Of a stretch of 64,000 bases of DNA, positions 59,616-64,000 are shown one piece after another (the first letter of the stretch is position 1; each line of letters begins with the position of its first letter). Source of the stretch: a virus; the IMG/VR virus record IMGVR_UViG_3300028388_005362, positions 29,880-93,879 of that record; one strand, 5' to 3'. The translations under genes and the position numbers were made by a program. The notes beneath the pieces are model-generated. The model had not been told where the DNA came from. It saw nothing but the letters and a program-made list of their open reading frames with translations, and ran no database searches.

Positions 59616-59927
59616 ATGAAGACTATAGAGACCAGCGCCGATGCCCTGCAAGAGGAAGGCAAGACCTACCAGGTTTCGCCAGGTCATCGCCCATCTTACT
59701 GCCTCAGAAGGGCGGAATTCTATCTTCACCTTCTCTGGAGTGAGACATCGATAAAGAAATTTAAAGCCCGCTCAGGCCGTCAGCGCAAGCTCAGACGGGT
59801 ACAGATCCTGGTCGGACAAACAACCAAACAAGCCCATGAGGATGTAGGTACGGGAATCGTATACAAAGACGATAAAGGAATGCCCACCTGGATTATCTGG
59901 AGCAAATGTCAAATCATTAAACAGTAG
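59616..59927 (+). CDS. Hypothetical protein
   Basis: 103-aa ORF. Confidence 0.45.
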   Translation: MKTIETSADALQEEGKTYQVSPGHRPSYCLRRAEFYLHLLWSETSIKKFKARSGRQRKLRRVQILVGQTTKQAHEDVGTGIVYKDDKGMPTWIIWSKCQIIKQ

Positions 59928-59931
59928 TATT

Positions 59932-60411
59932 ATGCAAACTTACATTGGAACCAAGATCATTGAAGCACGTCCTATGAACAGGGGAGATTACAACCTTTAC
60001 AGGGGCTGGGATATACCCGAGGACGAAAATCCTGACGATACAGGATACCTCGTTCGATACCCCGATGGTTATGAAAGCTGGTCTCCCAGCAAGCAATTCG
60101 AAGCTGCTTACAAGGTGATGGATTCGGATATGGACTTCGGTACCGCACTTCTGGGCCTCAAGCAGGGCAAGAAGATTGCCCGACAGGGGTGGAATGGAAA
60201 AGGCATGTTCTTATTCCTTCTGCCTGCAGGAACCATTCCCAAATCGGCTATCCATGACCCCATGCTCAAAAGCATACTCTCTGACAATGGCAAGGACCAT
60301 TTTGAAGCCTTAGGCTCTATTCGTATGAAAACTGCCGATGACAAGATCCTTACCGGCTGGCTGGCTTCTCAGACAGATATGTTGGCAGAGGATTGGGTAT
60401 TTGTAGATTAA
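59932..60411 (+). CDS. DUF2829 (Tad2-type) protein with N-terminal YIGTK/GYESWSP domain
   Basis: MDFGTAL..LKQGKKIARQGWNGKGMF...WLASQTDMLAEDW. Confidence 0.8.
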   Translation: MQTYIGTKIIEARPMNRGDYNLYRGWDIPEDENPDDTGYLVRYPDGYESWSPSKQFEAAYKVMDSDMDFGTALLGLKQGKKIARQGWNGKGMFLFLLPAGTIPKSAIHDPMLKSILSDNGKDHFEALGSIRMKTADDKILTGWLASQTDMLAEDWVFVD

Positions 60412-60502
60412 CGAAGAAATGAGCTAAACAGAACAAAGTTCTGAGCCCGTACTGACATCCTGTCACAAATGCACACGAAGAGGTATCGTTGGAGGTATCA
60501 CA

Positions 60503-60537
60503 AAAAACAGCCCGCTAAAAAAGCGGGCTATTTTGTT
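60503..60537. terminator. Terminator-like hairpin downstream of the tRNA fragment and the Tad2 gene
   Basis: AGCCCGCT-AAAAA-AGCGGGCT with A/T runs on both sides. Confidence 0.65.
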
Positions 60538-60546
60538 GATTATCAA

Positions 60547-60602
60547 GTGATTCGCCTGGGGCTCGAACCCAGGACCCACGCCTTAAAAGGGCGTTGCTCT
60601 AC
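60547..60602 (-). tRNA. 5'-truncated tRNA-Lys(UUU) fragment (attP core), not a complete tRNA
   Basis: ACGCC-CTTTTAA-GGCGT anticodon arm, CTGGG-TTCGAGC-CCCAG T-arm, 3' acceptor strand GCGAATC; matching 5' strand absent. Confidence 0.85.
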
Positions 60603-60802
60603 GCCCTGCTTAATAACTTCCCTACAGATTAAAAACCACCTCTATTTCTTTAATAACGAGCGTTTGCGATGATTTGCGTCTCATTCTGCAAACATAACAA
60701 TATTTGTTATATTGGCAAAAATGGGCTACTTTTACATCGTCTGAGGTATCATTGGAGGTATCTTTTGAAGAGACCCCAAAAAGATACCTCCGAAGCTCTG
60801 TA

Positions 60803-62020
60803 ATGAAGCACAAAATAAAACTCATCCACCCGTCTATCAAGAGGTTACGCACTGCCGAGGGATACCCCATCATGTTGGAGGTATACCTGGGTCGTGGAGA
60901 CCGGATTCGACTCAAATCGGGGTATCATTTTGACAAAGAGGCAGTCTCAGATACTGGATTGGTACGGGGAAGATCTTCCGCTGCAGTGCAGACAAACAAG
61001 CAACTGAAGCGAATGCTGGACAAAGCCCACCAGATTGATGAGATGCTGGGGGCTGAATACACCCGCAAGCAGTTCATGGATGCCTGGAGGGGGATAGACA
61101 AGGAGGATGACCCCAGTGATTTGTTTAAGTACTTTGAAATCGTGATTCCGCAAAAGCCAAAGGGCAGGACAAGGAACTACTTTGTCACCACCTTAAAGCA
61201 CCTGAAGGCATTTCACCCAGATCCCATACCTATATATAAGGTAGACAAGGACTTTGTGGAAGGATACAGGAAATTTTTGGAGGAATGGCTGGCACCCAAT
61301 ACCGTCAGAACGCATCTATCTAAGCTCAGAAACGTGCTCAATCTGGCGGTGGGAGACAAGAATATGGACCTGAAGGGGTATGTACCTCCTTTTATGACCA
61401 ACCGCTTACTCCCTGCTCCCGTGCGCAAGACAAGGGACCGCTCGTTGAATCCCCGGCTGATTCAGCGATTGTTCGAGCTTCCGACAGCCAAAGGCAGACG
61501 CCACTACAAGTCCCAGCGGCTGTATCATTTGTCCTATCTTTGTTATGGGGCTAACCTGATTGACCTGGCATTGCTCAAGCAGTCATCCATCGTTGGGGGA
61601 ACCCTGGAGTTTGACCGCAGCAAAACGGGTCGTCAGATTCCACCGGTGGTGATAACCTCCGAGATGGAGCAGATCTTTGAGGATCTGAAGCCCTACTGCA
61701 AGGAAGATTACCTGGTCCACATCCTCAAGGATGAGTTCAACTGGCACAACGTCAGAACACGGGTTGACCGCTGGGACAGACACATCAACGACTGGTTGAG
61801 CTCAGCCTGTGATGTACTGGGAATACAGCCCAAGGTGACCTTCTATTCGGCCCGGCATAGTTTTGCCCAACATTTGCGCTACGCGGATAAGAGCGATTCG
61901 TTCATTGCCAGGTTCTTGGCGCACTCCTCAGAGAGTACGGTCAAGGGATACCTGGTCAACCATGATGTAAAACAATTAATTGAAGTTCAGGATAGCCTGC
62001 TTCAGCAACGTAAACCATAA
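60803..62020 (+). CDS. int: Tyrosine integrase (Bacteroidota type)
   Basis: Arm-binding N-terminus, SAM-like core, YLCYGANLIDL, RSKT, TFYSARHSFA, LAHS, TVKGYL. Confidence 0.9.
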   Translation: MKHKIKLIHPSIKRLRTAEGYPIMLEVYLGRGDRIRLKSGYHFDKEAVSDTGLVRGRSSAAVQTNKQLKRMLDKAHQIDEMLGAEYTRKQFMDAWRGIDKEDDPSDLFKYFEIVIPQKPKGRTRNYFVTTLKHLKAFHPDPIPIYKVDKDFVEGYRKFLEEWLAPNTVRTHLSKLRNVLNLAVGDKNMDLKGYVPPFMTNRLLPAPVRKTRDRSLNPRLIQRLFELPTAKGRRHYKSQRLYHLSYLCYGANLIDLALLKQSSIVGGTLEFDRSKTGRQIPPVVITSEMEQIFEDLKPYCKEDYLVHILKDEFNWHNVRTRVDRWDRHINDWLSSACDVLGIQPKVTFYSARHSFAQHLRYADKSDSFIARFLAHSSESTVKGYLVNHDVKQLIEVQDSLLQQRKP

Positions 62021-62031
62021 ACAATAAGACC

Positions 62032-63129
62032 ATGGGAGTTTTTAGAGTAGAAAGAGACACTAAGGGGCTGGTGAAGGTTGTGTGGGAGAACCACAGCAAC
62101 CACACCGATCGTTTTGCCTTGTCTACTGGTGTGAAGGTCTCCCAGGAGAACTTCCACTCAGGTCGGGTCTTGGATACAGACCCCCACCACAAGTTCAAAA
62201 ACGAGGTTATCAAGGAGTACTTCTCCGAGATCATCTCTCTGGTGATTCGCTGTAACAAGCAGAACAACCAGACTAACGCCAAACTGTTGGAAGGAATGTG
62301 GAGTGCACGTCAGGACGGAGTCAATTTTGACTATGTCATCCAGTACAAAACGTGGGCCGAAAGCAAATACCTGGATAAGGGGTATAGCGAGCAGACCCTC
62401 AAGAATGTAATGGGACACGCCAATCTGATCTCCGAGTTCGAAGCTCATCGCCGCATGTCCCTGGATGTGTCTGTGTTTGACAAAGCGACCATGGATGAGT
62501 TGGTGGTTTACATGCAGCTGCACAAACAGTATACTGACCAGCACGTGCTGCGCCAGGTCCGAATGGTCAAGACCTTCTTGAGCGAGCGGTATCCTGTGGC
62601 AGACTGGGGCTGGATAAAATATCGTCCGATGTCAACCCGGATTCACTGGCTCAACGACAGTGACATCCAGCTGCTGCAGCGAACACAGCTTGAGCCTCGC
62701 CTTAACCAGGTACGGGAAATGCTGTTGGTGATGATAGGAGGAGGACTAAGTCTGCAGGACATGTTCAGGCGTCAGAAGTTTGTCCGGGGATTCCGTTCCC
62801 GGTACTACGAGCTGGCAATTGAGTTGTACAAGGATCACACTCGTGTGGACCCGGACGAAGAACGCTTTGAGGGCCAGTTGCGTGAGGTTCTCTACAAGTG
62901 TGAGATAGAACGTCAAGTGGAAACAGACAGCGGACAGTACGTACCTTTATATATGGCGGTATCTGGTTCCCTGGGATTTGACACCTATGTGATGGAAGCA
63001 CTCATTCGTGGGTACAGCCCTTACAAGTTGTTCTACAGTTTACCTATGGCCCACTGGCAATTGTTCTATCCTTATATACGAGAGCGGAATCGCTACAACA
63101 AAGAGCTCAAAAAGTTCAAAGGGTTCTAA
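62032..63129 (+). CDS. Degenerate, probably catalytically inactive integrase-like protein
   Basis: LSTGVKV arm region and SAM-like core; GLSLQDM replaces GLR..D and no HxxR. Confidence 0.65.
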   Translation: MGVFRVERDTKGLVKVVWENHSNHTDRFALSTGVKVSQENFHSGRVLDTDPHHKFKNEVIKEYFSEIISLVIRCNKQNNQTNAKLLEGMWSARQDGVNFDYVIQYKTWAESKYLDKGYSEQTLKNVMGHANLISEFEAHRRMSLDVSVFDKATMDELVVYMQLHKQYTDQHVLRQVRMVKTFLSERYPVADWGWIKYRPMSTRIHWLNDSDIQLLQRTQLEPRLNQVREMLLVMIGGGLSLQDMFRRQKFVRGFRSRYYELAIELYKDHTRVDPDEERFEGQLREVLYKCEIERQVETDSGQYVPLYMAVSGSLGFDTYVMEALIRGYSPYKLFYSLPMAHWQLFYPYIRERNRYNKELKKFKGF

Positions 63130-63134
63130 ACAAC

Positions 63135-63167
63135 AAACCCCCGGCATACCACCGGGGGTTTTTATTT
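63135..63167 (+). terminator. Intrinsic terminator after the integrase pair
   Basis: AAACCCCCGG/CCGGGGGTTT-TTATTT. Confidence 0.8.
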
Positions 63168-63261
63168 ACCCAACAACACCGGGTAAATGTTTCACCACCG
63201 CAAATCTACACAAAATTTACAACTGTTTGTGGATAAAAGGTCCCTATATTTGGCGACCTAA

Positions 63262-63329
63262 CCATAATAATATTCTGTATAACGTATAGTATTCCTTATA
63301 TTTGTTCTCATAACAGAATATAATTATGG
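63262..63329 (+). promoter_or_regulatory. Promoter TATATTTG (63297-63304) bracketed by 17-bp boxes (63262-63278, 63313-63329)
   Basis: Box-18 nt-TATATTTG-8 nt-box, identical in geometry to 48882-48949. Confidence 0.75.
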
Positions 63330-63628
63330 ATATAGTCAAACCGGGAGTGGTATTCGAGCTGAAGAATTTGGAGGCTGATTCTGTCCAGACCATTCGGTTC
63401 GTAGAGAAAGTAGCTGGCAAGTTAATGCCCGGAACGACCAACGAAGAAGTCATCCAAATGATGATCGAACGCTTCTACCACCTCCAGAAGGAGGGTCCCT
63501 CGGTGGAAAACCAGATGATTCTCATGCTTTTAAAGGACATCAGACGCACACTGGTTCGCCGACAACAGAAGAAATTCCAGAGAAAACAGCAGGCAGGACA
63601 TGAAAAAGAAGTTAAAAGTACCCTTTAG
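63326..63628 (+). CDS. Tad1-like protein (divergent)
   Basis: QTIRF...GTTNEEVIQMMIERF..LQ....ENQ..L..L.....L.RR. Confidence 0.55.
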   Translation: MDIVKPGVVFELKNLEADSVQTIRFVEKVAGKLMPGTTNEEVIQMMIERFYHLQKEGPSVENQMILMLLKDIRRTLVRRQQKKFQRKQQAGHEKEVKSTL

Positions 63629-63935
63629 CAAACAGGAGTATATTGCCACATACGTAAAGTTGCTCAACGGGGTCTTCGATTTGACCCCCAGAGAACTGCA
63701 AGCCCTCACCATCTTCCTGCAAAAGGATTTGAAGACTCCTGCTACAACTCCCGCCCGTAAAGCCGCTCTGGAGCAAATGAAGCTCACCTCTCCGATGGCA
63801 ATCAACAATCTGGTCAAATCCCTGCGCACCAAAGGAGCTATCCTTGGAGAGCCGGGAGACTACCAATACCACCCCATACTCAGAATAGACAAGAGACCCG
63901 CACAGTTAATATACGAATTCGATGAACAAGTCTGA
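63600..63935 (+). CDS. Putative HTH protein
   Basis: LLNGVFDLTPREL and INNLVKSLRTKGAI. Confidence 0.55.
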   Translation: MKKKLKVPFSKQEYIATYVKLLNGVFDLTPRELQALTIFLQKDLKTPATTPARKAALEQMKLTSPMAINNLVKSLRTKGAILGEPGDYQYHPILRIDKRPAQLIYEFDEQV

Positions 63936-64000
63936 AGCAGTTAAGAACCGAGAAGAACTGGTACGCCAGGTAGCCGAGGAGATAGGCTCTTCTTTGGAAG
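63922..64000 (+). CDS. 3'-truncated IHF/HU-like protein
   Basis: MNKSEAVKNREELVRQVAEEIGSSLE; such genes precede the crAss-like capsid module. Confidence 0.45.
   Translation, partial: MNKSEAVKNREELVRQVAEEIGSSLE

Larger units (their letters stand above)
60480..60790. mobile_element. attP: tRNA-Lys 3' core with GAGGTATC arm-type repeats
   Basis: Repeats at 60480, 60492, 60743, 60755 and inverted at 60783 flank the core; integrase ATG at 60803. Confidence 0.8.

Noticed and set aside
60547-60602. Functional phage tRNA-Lys gene
   Set aside because: The 5' acceptor strand and half of the D-arm are missing; better explained as an attP core.
60694-60710. ATAACAA-TAT-TTGTTAT as another Lrp-like box
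   Set aside because: It is a perfect 17-bp palindrome in the attP arm but differs from the ACAGWAT consensus; left unassigned.
1-64000. Stop-codon reassignment (TAG/TGA) as in some crAss-like phages
   Set aside because: Giant genes are uninterrupted in the standard code, coding density is high and no suppressor tRNA was seen.

Overview
This window is a 64-kb slice of a crAss-like (Crassvirales-type) Bacteroidota phage read in the standard genetic code. Positions 1-19,034 (+) hold virion/internal-protein genes, including a 3,975-aa virion RNA polymerase (DFDVD) with a C-terminal zincin motif. Positions 19,031-57,630 (mostly -) hold an Lrp/AsnC regulator, UNG, rIIA/rIIB, resolvase, primase, SSB, AAA ATPase, DnaB, a broken SF2 helicase, dNMP kinase, PolA, a 1,665-aa repeat surface protein and many small early genes. 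Positions 58,498-64,000 (+) hold a wHTH gene with iteron-like repeats, a Tad2-type protein, an attP plus integrase pair, a Tad1-like protein and the start of an IHF/HU-like gene. Five observations stand out. (1) An intact attP (3' part of tRNA-Lys(UUU) flanked by GAGGTATC arm repeats) sits beside one active-looking and one catalytically dead tyrosine recombinase, suggesting a temperate crAss-like phage. (2) About ten 17-bp ACAGWAT-N3-ATWCTGT palindromes occur at mostly fixed distances from Bacteroidota-type promoters and resemble Lrp sites, in a phage that encodes its own Lrp/AsnC protein and a stand-alone PAS protein. (3) A ~560-bp array carries about 14 different back-to-back operator-like inverted repeats. 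(4) There is a 58-nt tRNA mimic lacking an anticodon arm and an ~830-nt structured non-coding region. (5) Several candidate anti-signalling-immunity proteins are present. All family calls come from motif recognition by eye; no searches were run.
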